NCBI RefSeq assembly: GCF_006345805.1
Contig: NC_043011.1
Span: forward strand, 60,152,464 to 60,216,463
Source of the DNA: Octopus sinensis
Lineage: Eukaryota
DNA: 64,000 bases
Direction: 5' to 3'
The first letter of the stretch is position 1. Each line of letters starts with the position of its first letter. The translations under genes were made by a program, and so were the position numbers. Of this stretch, positions 13,567-25,334 are shown piece by piece. The notes beneath the pieces are model-generated. The model saw nothing but the letters and a program-made list of their open reading frames with translations. It ran no database searches and had not been told where the DNA came from.

Positions 13567-15538
13567 ATAATAATAATAATAATAATGCTTTCTAACATTG
13601 GTATATAGCCTATAGTTCTGGAAGCAACGTTTTGCCTTTCTGTTTGCTTCCACCAAAAATGAGCAAAACAAGCTGAGTACTCAAAACAGCACTATTTTCT
13701 TTTTTCTTTCTCTCATGTTTACATCCTTCCATGATATCTTCATCATCATTTAGCCTCTGCCTACCATGCTGGCATGGGTAGGACAGGTTGACAGGAACTG
13801 ACAGGTTTGAAGACTGCACCAAGATCTGCTCTTTGTTTATTGGCAAGATTTCAACTATTGGATGCTCTTCTTAACACCAACGACTTTACAAAGTACTGGG
13901 TGCTTTTGATGTGGCACCAGAAGTGGTGAGGTCATCAAGTAACTTGCAGAACAAGACCCCTCAACTGGGAGAGGGGGGAGCAGTATTGAAGGATAGAAAA
14001 AGTCTTGTATTAGAAGAGAAATATGGTTACCTCAGATGGAGAGAGAGAGAGGGAGAGAGAGGAAGAGAGAGAGAGAGGGGGGGAGAAAGAGAAAGAGAAA
14101 GATGTAATAAGGTGGGAGAAGGGGGCTGTACACCCAAATTACAGGAGAAAGATATATGTTGACCAAATATACACACACATATATGTATAATGACACATTT
14201 CTGCAGTTTTGGTTTACTAAATTTTGTTAACAAGGAATTGACCAACCAAAATAATGGTAGAAGATACTTGCTCAAGGTACCAAGCAGTGGGATTTGACCT
14301 GGGACCATTTAAGTGCAAAGTAAATCTCTTAATCTCAGTCATGTCTGTCCCAATTGTGGTCTGTAGCATTCTTTGCCTGTAACAAGTTTCAAAACTTCTA
14401 AACATCTATAGGTGATCAACTTAATAATTCTTCAGAAATAATTCATTCACAGGTTTATATATCAATCTAAATATAGAAATGCATGATTTACCAATTTCAC
14501 ATTGGTGAATTCTTGTAAATTCATAGAAAATTAATTTCCATTTTGTGGTCATTTTTGATTCTCCCAATTTACATCAAATTGAATTTCTGAGACACAAATT
14601 TCCCATATTTGATAGATTCCAAACTGTTTAGCCAGAACAGGAATTGCCAAACTTCTAGTTATTTAAAAATATATTAACCTCTTATGACCTTACAACAAAC
14701 ACCAACTAAATCACCTGAATAACCCAAGTCAATAACAGAAGTGAACTTTCATTTGTGTAGAGACTGTAAACAGGATGTGATAATTCAATATTTCTATGAT
14801 GCAGAGAGAAAACATTTACCTGCAAAATAATTGGTTATTCAGGCTGAAAAACAAAAAATATCTGTGAAACATCATTTCTCTGCTGAATAAAACCTTTTAA
14901 CCACAGTGCTGTTTTTAACACTTATGTAAAAGGAAACACCGTTAGTCTATAGTTTAAAACTGTTAACATTGTTGTTATTGTACATTCCCAGTTGGTTTTA
15001 TAGGAGAAAGCATTTGGCATTTAGTGAAATGACTAAATGATCCAGAGGTTCAGTGACCATCATAAGTTCACACTGACTTAGAATGTAGCAGTTTGAGCAA
15101 ATTGCATTTCTCTTCATTGTCCAGCTTATTCTTGTTTTTCTTTTAAACCCCAGGTCAACCTGCAGTTGACTGAGCAGATGCCTGACTAACAATGGTGGCT
15201 AACAATGACAATCCTACCTTTGTATTATTTTTTAGACAACATATCTATTTTGTACTTTATTTTGAAAATATTGGGTATTTGAGAGAGAGAGATTTTGCTG
15301 CTCAGTTCCAGCAGAGTGAGTGGATTCAAACAGATTCCCTCCTTAGTTGTCTAATGTGTGAAATCTAATGGTGGACATAGCAGAAATAGGGCAACTGACA
15401 CAGCATAAACATGGGAGTTGCAGTTCCTTGACCTTAGGTCCAGTGAATTGTATTGTGGTACAGCGTTAAAAGTTATTGAGCTTAACGATGTCATGTGCAT
15501 GAGAGATGATTTCATTGGTATAGACATATAATGCATGT

Positions 15539-15912
15539 GGCACTCTGTCAGTTACGACAATGAGGGTTCCAGTTGATCCGATCAACATAACAGCCTGCTC
15601 GTGAAATTAATGTGCAAGTGGCTGAGCACTCCACAGACACGTGTACTATTAATATAGTTCTTGGGGAGATTCAGTGTGACACAGAATGTGACAGGGCTGG
15701 CCCTTTGAAATACAGGTACAACAGAAGCAGGAAAAAAGAGTGGGAGAAAGTTGTGGTGAAAGAATACAGCAGGGTTCACTACCACCCCCTGCTGGAGCCT
15801 TGTGAAGCTTTAGGTGTTTTCACTCAATAAACACAACACCTATTGTGGGAACTGAAACCGTGATCCTATGACCATGAGTTCACTGCCCTAACCACTGGGC
15901 CATTGTGCCTCC
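15539..15912 (-). mobile_element. tRNA-derived SINE, family C
   Basis: Reverse-complement homolog of 50828-51208. Shorter variants lie at about 30874-31110 (+) and 53290-53505 (-). Confidence 0.88.
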
Positions 15913-18249
15913 AAACTTGGATTATAAGAATTGGAGAAAGATGTGTTAGGAGATCCAAGTCGGAAGAAATTGTGGAGGAAGAATATTATGGATGGTAAGG
16001 GCAAAAATGGTTCCTCCATCACTGTTTTTGAATAAAACATGGAACCATGTTTAGAAAGTCAAAAACAATTTCATTTCATAATAAACATAGAGAATGTACG
16101 GACATCAAAACTTTCTTCTTTTATTTCCCGTATAAGTATAGGAGGTCTTGTGCTTCAGCAAAAACATCACAAAATGCTTTACTTTGCTAAACATTTTTTC
16201 CAGTTTGTCTTTGGTCCTCAGTACACATCAATAGCATATTTGAAACACTAGATTCTTAGATTTCTAGCTCATAATTCCAATTCTATCAACTGATCTGTAT
16301 AATTAATGATTGTGTCTAGTTTTTCCATGACCTTTTTGTTTTTTTTTTCTTTTCAAGTCGCAGCAGATTGTTAATGTCATCATCATCATTTGATATCTGC
16401 ATATCAATGCTTGTCATCATCCTTTGTCGCAACAACAGAGAGAGAAGATATAAAAAATTAAAAAAAAACAAAAAAACCTTGCCAACAAGAATGTCTTGTT
16501 TTTTGACCTGTTTTACTTTCATTTTCTTTTTTCACAATTGGATGCCTTTCTCACCATCAACCATTTTACATGTACTGAATCTATTTTATCATACCACTCA
16601 TACTAGAGTGGTTGCTTGGTTCGTGGATAAGAAAACTCCATTCTTGGAATAGTAAAACATATGTCTACTATCTATCATATCTAGTTAGAATGTTGACCTG
16701 ACTACAAAATCTGACCCTTAACCAAAAATATCTTTTAACTTCAATATTTTATTTCAGTTGATGACTATTTCAACTCTTTTATTCTGTTATTGATGTGAAC
16801 AGAAAATTCCAATTTACATCATTTTTCTATAACTGCTCATCACCTTTTCACTTTTTTTTTTTTTTTTCTTACACTTCTTCACTTATATTTCTTCTTAAAC
16901 AGTCATAAGTCATTAATTATCTGCTCCACTTAATCAGAAACTAATCAGCTAATTAGTTTTCTAAAGCCAATATGACACGTAAGTGGATAAATTATATCAC
17001 CAACTTTGATCTGAACCTCATTTTTCCCCATCCACATTCATAACATTACATACTAAAGTAACACCTCAACACCATAATTCTAAACTGTGAACATACTTAT
17101 ACTCTCTATCTCCATAAGACAACCCTTCTCTCTTTTACTCTTTTACTCTGGTTTCATTGATTGGGTTGTGGCCATGCTGGGGCACTACTTCAATATCCTT
17201 AGTTGATCATATCAACTCCAGTATGACTTAGCAATGGCTACACACACACACACACACACACACATGCGCGTGTGTGTCTTCATCTTCCTCATCATCATCT
17301 GCTTTCCATACTGGCATGAGTTGGACAGGTAGTCACAGTTTGAATCAGTTTTTTATTGGCAGCCCCTGCTTTCATACAAAGTCTTGTACATTGTAAATGT
17401 AGAGAGTATTTGGTACCTCAAGACATCTACGTTTTCTCAGATGAGACTGAGGAGGAGGACGAGGAGGAGGAGAGAGAGAGAAGTGATAAAAGAAAAAAGG
17501 CAGAGTATGATGGCAGAGACAGTGTTATTAGGACAAAAATAGAAGAAGGAGGAATGAGTAAATGATAGGTGACAATACAAGTGACCCGAAAAAGAGATGC
17601 CTGGCAGCACAAAAATGGTTTGATCCAGTTTCATAGATAATCCTAGTAATGAGAGGAGGGTGAGAAAGAGAGAGAGAGAGAGATACATATAAAGAGAGTG
17701 ATGCAAATAATACAATATAGGTTCTTATAGGTAGGCCATATGACTAATGAAATGTATGATACACTCAGAATCATTCTCTTGTGCAGGGCAGGTGTGAAAC
17801 AACCAGGAAGTGAAACTGGTTTTACGTCAATGTTCCATCAACCAATGAAAATGCTATGATTTAATCTGAAACACACACACACACACACACATGCACACGC
17901 ACACACACACACATGCACACTACCATTAATGCTAGAATGTAAATTTACATTCACCTAATTTATATACAAAGTTTGGGTTAAACAATATAAGAAAGCAAGA
18001 AAAGAAACATGAAGAATAATATATCTAAATAAACTGAAGGGACCATTATAGTTATCACAGTTCTGTCTCTGCTGTCTCCATCAGCTCTTATCAAGAAGAC
18101 CAAACACACACACACACACATGCACACACAGAGATAAATGTATACACAAACACTCATGCATGCACACAAGGATAAAGACGCAAACAGTCAAATGCAAGAA
18201 TGTAACATCGTTTTACTTTGGTGATAATCAACTTGAAATTTAGTACACA

Positions 18250-18396
18250 CTGGCTGTGTACTAAGAAGCTTACTTCCCAACTATGTAGTTCTGGGTTCAG
18301 TCCCATGGCATGGCACCTTGGCAAATGTCTTCTACTATAACCTCAGGCCAACCAAAGCCTTGTGGGTGGATTTGGTAGACAGAAACTGAAAGAAGC

Positions 18397-18449
<53 letters not shown>

Positions 18450-18688
18450 GTGGGTGTGTGGGTGTCATTGGGTCTGTATTTGTCCCCCACTATTGCTTGA
18501 CAACTGGTGTTGGTGTGTTTACGTCCCTATGACTAAGTGATTTTGCAAAAGAGACCAACAGAATATGTACCAGACTTAAAAAAAAAAGAAAAAGTACTGG
18601 GGATGGTTCGTTCCACTAAAAATTCTTCAAGGCAATGCCCCAGCATGGCCACATTATTATGACTAAAACATGTAAAAGATAAAAGATA
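18250..18688 (+). mobile_element. tRNA-derived SINE, family A, with an expanded (TA)n
   Basis: Family A head, a (TA)n tract at about 18401-18447, and the tail gtaaaagataaaagat. Confidence 0.85.
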
Positions 18689-18814
18689 AATCCATTAGAT
18701 AATCAATCCCACTGTATCTTCTACTATAGCCCAGGGCCAACCAAGGCCATGTGAGTGGATTTGGCAGACGGAAACGCAAAGCAGCCCATCATATATGTAC
18801 GCCTCTATATGCAT

Positions 18815-19135
18815 GTTGCGAAGGCGCATGGCTCAGTGATTAGAGTGTCGAGCTTATGATCATGAGGCTGTGAGTTCCATACCCGGATTGGACTGCATGT
18901 TGTGTTCTTGAGCAAGACACTTTATTTCACATTGCTCCAGTCCACTCAGCTGTAGAAATGAGCTGCAACGTCACAAGTGCCAAGCTGTATCGGTCCCTTT
19001 GCCTTTCCCTTGGTGGCGTCGAGAAGGGAGGACGGTATGCATGGGCAACTGCAGGTCTTCTATAAACAACTTGCTCGGACTTGTGCCTCGGAGGGTAACT
19101 TTCTAGGTGCAATCTCATGGTCAGTCATGACCGAA
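18815..19135 (+). mobile_element. tRNA-derived SINE with a CORE/Meta-like central block
   Basis: ggcgcatggctcagtgattagagtgtc... head, followed by ttgagcaagacacttt...gctccagtccactcagctgt. Confidence 0.75.
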
Positions 19136-19682
19136 GGGAGTCTCAGCATATGCATGACTTTGTGTTTATCCCACACTAGTGTTGACAACAGGTGTTGGTT
19201 TGTTTATGTTCCTGTAACTTAACGGTTCTGACAAAAGAAACTGACAGAATAAAAAATAAGCTTAAAATAAATACTGGAGTCAGTTTGATCAACTACACCC
19301 TTAATAGGGTTGCTCCAGCATGGCTGCAGCCCAATGACTGAAACAAGTAAAATGAAATTTTTAAAAATGTACAGCATGAAAGAAAAGCTGTATAAAAGAC
19401 ACATACACACACTCACACATGTACAACTATATGCTAATAGTTAGAGACACATGTAAATAGTGATGCACCCTTCGAAACATAGAGGGCTGCAAAAGAAACT
19501 TGGTAACGACCTGGCTATACCTGTGTGCCTTTCTGGCATAAAATCAAAGCATATCCTTTAATTACTTCATTGACTTTCACAGTCAGGTGTTACAAAAATG
19601 GTTATTAAATTTCAATCAAGTTTGCCCAAAATCCTTGAACAAATTAAAACTGTGATGGAAAATTTAATTAAATTTTAATTAC

Positions 19683-19739
19683 CTCTCGATAGTTTCGAAC
19701 GCCAGCTTCCCTAAAAGTCGGCTTGCATCGCATATTTTT
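19683..19739 (-). CDS. DGKZ: Diacylglycerol kinase zeta/iota, next coding exon (end of C1a and linker to C1b)
   Basis: 57-nt exon with acceptor tttgtttttctttcag| and donor gag|gtaatt, phase 0/0. It translates to KNMRCKPTFREAGVRNYRE, versus recalled human INFRCKPSFRESGSRNVRE, and joins the 55535 exon in frame. Confidence 0.92.
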
Positions 19740-20231
19740 CTGAAAGAAAAACAAATAAAGTAAAACATTAAATTTATATTACACACACTGCAATCACATG
19801 AAAATATTAAAAGAAAAAGGAAAATCATGGATTCTGACCTAAATTTCTATCATAAAACTAAATCATATTGTTTTCAAGAAATAAAGAGAAAATAATAAAT
19901 AATTTAATAAATAAAAGTCATTGTCGTCATAATAAAGAACACATAAAATAAAGCCTTGAATTTATACGGAAGGAGAAGTGAGATTGACAAACATTCATGC
20001 CTTTCTCGTGGGTGTTAGAACTTGTATTTTGAACTTATGAAATGAAATGAAATGAAATGAAGTGAAATCACAGTTGCTCACAATATAGAAACTCTAACTT
20101 GATTTTCTGATATTTCAATTATTATTGTATTCAATTAAATACGAAGACAATGAAACATTGAATTAAGTCAGGAAGAAAATTAATTAACTGCTGAATACTG
20201 TAGCTTCAAAAATATGTTTTATATATACATA

Positions 20232-20644
20232 TGTGTGCGTAGGAGGGCCTGTGTGGTAAGAAACTTGCTTCCAAACACATGGTTCTGGGTTCAGTTCCAC
20301 TGCATGGCACCTTGGACAAGTGTCTCCTACTGTAGCCTTGCATTAACCAAAATGAGGAAGACGGAAACTGAAATTGCATGTGTGTGTGTGTATAAATAGA
20401 AAGATAGATAGATATATACATGTGTGTGTGTGTTTGTCCCTCACAACTACTTGACAACTAGTGTCGATGTGTGTTTATGTCCCTGTAACCTATCAGTTTG
20501 GCAAAAATTACCAATAGAATAAGTACCAAACATAAAACAAAAAAAGAGGTGCTAGGGTCAATTCATTCCACTAAAAATTCTTCAAGGTGGTTTCCCAGTG
20601 TGGCCACAGTCTAATGAGTGAAGTAAGTAAAAGAGTAAAGAGAC
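20232..20644 (+). mobile_element. tRNA-derived SINE, family A
   Basis: Family A head, core and tail. Confidence 0.82.
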
Positions 20645-20862
20645 ACACATACATAAATTCGATGTAAAAAGCACCCACTACACTCTCAGAGTGGTTGGCA
20701 TTAGGAAGGGCATCCAGCTGTAGAAACTCTGCCAGATCAAGATTGGAGCCAGGTGCAGCCATCTGGTTCGCCAGTCCTCAGTAAAATCGTCCAACCCATG
20801 CTAGCATGGAAAACGGACATTAAACGATGATGATGATGATTTTCATTATTATTATTATTATC

Positions 20863-20968
20863 ATTATTCAGGTCATTGCCTGGAATCGAACTTGGAATCT
20901 TGGGGTTAGTAGCCCACACTCTTAACCACAACGCCATATGCTCATGGGCTTATGGCATAGTGGTGAAG
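20863..20968 (-). mobile_element. Short tRNA-like SINE with a (TAA)n tail, joined head-to-head to a truncated second head
   Basis: The reverse complement reads tatggcgttgtggttaagagtgtgggctactaaccccaagattccaagttcgattccaggc...aataataat. The palindrome centre is 20944/20945. Confidence 0.7.
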
Positions 20969-22706
20969 ACCGAGGCTATAGTAGAAAAAACTGGCACAAG
21001 TTGGCATGCAGTAGGACTGAACCCAGAAACATGTGATTGGGAAGCAAGCTTCTAACCACAGAGCTACTCCTGCACCTGGTTTTTATGATTGTATTGCAGT
21101 CAATGATACCTAATAACCCCTCATCCCTTGAAACTGTGTGCCTTATCCCCAAATTAGAAATCATTATTACTGAAACTGCAGAATTTTCCTTTTTAACTTC
21201 TCATTTTCTATTTTCACATTGTTTATCTGTGAATGTTCAATATTTGATCTCAGAAATTTCTTTGCTATACATTCACAATTACTTAAGCATACAAATATAG
21301 GGACACACATATATTAACTAGTAGAAAAATGTGTGCATGTAGATCTAGCTTAGCTCTGACCAAGCAGATCTGTGATCAAACACATTCCAGCCTTGGCCAT
21401 CCTACCTTTTTGTATGTACTCTTTTAGTTGTTTCACTCACTCTACTGAAGGTATGCTGGAGAACTGCCTTAAAGGGTTAAGTCAAACAAATTGATTCTAG
21501 TACTTAATTTTAAAGTCTGATATTTATTCTATCATACTTTTTTGTTGAACTGCTCAGTTACAAGGACATAAGCAAACCAATACTGGTTGTCAAGAATTAG
21601 GGGAGTACAAGCACTTACATACACACACACACATATACATACATACAAAGGGCTTCCACAGTTTCTGCTCACGAAATCCAATCACAAGGCTTTGGTTGAG
21701 CTGTTGATGTAGAAGAAGGCCTTTGCCCAAGTGCTGTGCAGTGGGACTGAACTCAAAATGAGATGGTTAAGAAGCAAACTTCTTAACTATACAGCCACTC
21801 CTGTAACCTAACTACTTTGTCCAATGCATCCATTTTGGGGATGGTGGTGGCCTAAGGCTGATAATTATAACAGGTTGAGCTATGATGCATAGAGGCTTCT
21901 TTCACTGCCTGAGAGAGGGAGAGAGAGAAAGTGAGAGAGAGGTGGGGAGTGGCAGGGTGAGATGTGAAGCAGAATTATTGAATATAGTTGTAAAAAAAAA
22001 AGATATTTCAGTAAAGCAATGAAATCAATCAGTGGAGCAAACACCCCTTCCTGCCTCCAAAATCCATCAGCAATGAATCTAATCGATCAGTTACAAATGA
22101 AAAGAAAATGCAATGAGAAAAAAAAAGAACGAAAATTCTGTCTGACTTGTTATTTCACAGTTCTGAAACCAATGAAGGAAGTGAGCCAAAATAAAAGAAT
22201 ATGTAAAACATCATTACCTAATATGTTAAAAATAAAAATAATGAACACACAATGAAAAAGAAACAAAACATAAGTATTCAAAGAACCAGGTTCACAGACA
22301 TTCTAGAAGAAAGCAACATGGTTCAAAACATTTGATGACGTTTTTTCTTTTTATATTATAAAAAAAAAAGATATATATTTTTTAGTTTTTTTGGATCTGT
22401 AAAATTTTCATTATTCACGCAATATGTAATAACTGAGAGATATATATATATGAGCTGACACAATTTATAAAAAAAAATATCATCATCATCATGATATAAT
22501 TATAATTATGTAGTGAAGAAGTTTCCTGTTTTGTTCCAATCCCATACTATCAGTTTCAATCCCACTAAATGGTACATTGGCTGTCTTCTGTCCTATCTTC
22601 TGGTTGCTTCTTGTCGGTTTTGACAAAGGAAGAGGTCATGGTACAGTATCACGGCCTTGTGAGTGAAATTTTGGTAGCAGGCATCAATACAGAAATCCCT
22701 TCTCTC

Positions 22707-22740
<34 letters not shown>

Positions 22741-24932
22741 AGGTAAGTGGCCTAGTAGTTAGAGGGTCATACAGCCAGGTGTTCAATTCTGGGTTCAGAG
22801 TGTGTGTTGTGCCCTTGACTGAGATACTTCATTTCAAGTTGCTCCAGTTTACTAAACTCTATACATGAGTACCAGCCAAGAGTTTGCTGGTGCAACTCTA
22901 TTTCATGCCAGCTGTCCCCTCCTGGATATACCACAGAGACAAAGAGTGGAAGAGTCAAGAGGCTGTCTATATCTGTTCATGTCTACAAAGGCACCGCAAA
23001 CAATCAGCATACAATGGTACATGTTACCAAGCCATCATACTCTTTCACAAGTGAGGACTGGCTAAGATGTGTGTGTGTGTTTATCAGTGTAAATCAAGTT
23101 GAGCTGCATCCCTTTATGTTTTAAGAAGCCAACTTAACTTTTCATGTCAGTAGAATAAGTACCAAAAAAAAAAAAATGTAGTAAGGCCAATATGAGTGGT
23201 TAACATATATGAAGGTGTTGCACCAGCATGGCCAGACCAAAGACTATAACCAATAAATGAATGCAGCTGCTGTTGTGTTGTTACTCTGCCTATTCTACTT
23301 TGAAGAACGTTTTTGTCTTTGGGCCCACAGGTTTTATAGGATAACCAAACAAATCCAGTCGATACACCAGCCTCTCTGTATTATCTCCATTACAGTATCT
23401 CATTACACTTGATCATATCAAAAACTCTGTAGAAACCACCTTTTGTGGAAGTGCATCTTATAGTAACTCCCTTTCAATCTATTCTCCTCTTCAAAGCATT
23501 AACCAGCAAAAATTAATGTACATTAATCTCCTGGTACTTCCTTTCTTATCTTTAATTCCATATGCCAATAATAACCACCAGCTTTTGAAGTTCTATATTA
23601 AAATCACTGGACTTGATTTCCCCTTCTACACTTAATCCCATAAGCTTTAGACAAAATCTTTACATAGACAATAAAATATTTCCACATAAACTTGTGGCTT
23701 AGCCCAACGTCAATGCTGACTGAGTAGAGCTATGATCAGAGGCATTCTAGCTACGAAAATTCCATCTATTTTTAGAGTTATCTAGGTTTACATTAGCGAA
23801 AGTTTCCTCCTTTGCTAAAATGATAGAATTTAAGGGTTTTTGGCTGTTGTTTTTAGCTCATGCAACAACCATACAGAGGTTCTTTTGTTGGCTTGCTTTC
23901 ACATTAAATTGACGTATACAGATGTCTACAAATTTCCACTTTAGTTTTAGCAACTCAATAAATTTAGTTGAATAAATCTAGTTCATCTATGTTTAAACCA
24001 CTTCTAGTAAATTGCTTTTATTCAGTTCTGTAAAGATTGCCAAATTACGTGAGAATAAAGAGGTCAGAGTAAAGACCTTAATCTGAACTTGTGATTCCCC
24101 ATACAACATTATATTTATATAATTTGTATTTCCTTCTTCAGAAATCTTACACAACACTTATCATCCTTAACTCTATTACACGAAGAGCTACGTCAAAATT
24201 TCTCTTTTAATATGCATTACCTATGACAGCTTTGGATATTTTCAAGCTGAAATACACTGTGGCAGAGTAATATGGTCTTATATTGATGGATATATTACAC
24301 TCAAGACAAAAAAAAAAATAAACAAAAATAAAAATGATAACCAAATACTAAAAGCATCTGGAAGAAAGAAAGATGAAGCCAATGTTGTATGTGATATTTG
24401 AGTCAATTGTCTATTGATGATTGTCTATTGATACACCTTTTTTATTGAAATTGTGTGAATGATGGAAACAAAAATAATGTACTTAAGAGAGAAAAGGCAA
24501 AAAGTCAATAAACGAAGAAGAGAATATTTGAGTGTTTATCTGATTGATTGCATAACTTTAAAAATTTTCAGTTATTGCCAAGATGTTGACAAACCAGTAA
24601 AATATAGAAAATTAATATTAAATTTTCAAGTGAGGTGGTAAGCTGGCAGCATCATTAGCATGCCAAGCATAATGCTTAGAATCGTTTCAACCATTTTTAC
24701 ATTCTGAGTTCAAATTCTACCAAGGTCAACTTTACTTTTTTATCCTTTCAGGGTCAATAATATAAGCACCAGTTGAGCACTGGGATCAATGTAACCAGAT
24801 TATCCCTTTCATAAAATTGCAGGCCTTGTGCTAAAATTTGAAACCAATATTAAATTTTCAACTTTATTTTAATAACATTTCTTTATGGTTCTACTCATTA
24901 ATCAAGCTTCCTTAAAAATACAACTATATTAA

Positions 24933-25334
24933 TACTCTTTTACTCTTTTACTTGTTTCAGTCATTTGACTGCGGCCATGCTGGAGCACCGCCTTTAGTTG
25001 AGCAACTCGACCCCGGGACATATTCTTTGTAAGCCCAGTACTTATTCTATCGGCCTCTTTTGCTGAACCGCTAAGTAATGGGGACATAAACACACCCGCA
25101 TCGGTTGTCAAGCAATGCTAGGGGGACAAACACAGACACACAAACACACATGCACACACATATATATATACATATATACTATGGGCTTCTTTCAGTTTCT
25201 GTCTACCAAATCCACTCACAAGGCTTTGGCCGGCCCGAGGCTATAGTAGAAGACACTTGCCCAAGGTGCCATACAGTGGGACTGAACCCGGAACCATGTG
25301 GTTAGTAAGCAAGCTACTTACCACACAGACACTC
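24933..25334 (-). mobile_element. tRNA-derived SINE, family A (young, CpGs intact)
   Basis: Full length and highly similar to 32769-33186. Confidence 0.92.

Noticed and set aside
14820-14843. 24-nt micro-exon with good minus-strand splice signals
   Set aside because: In the phase required after NYRE it reads PE*. It has no similarity to the expected HHWVHRR exon.
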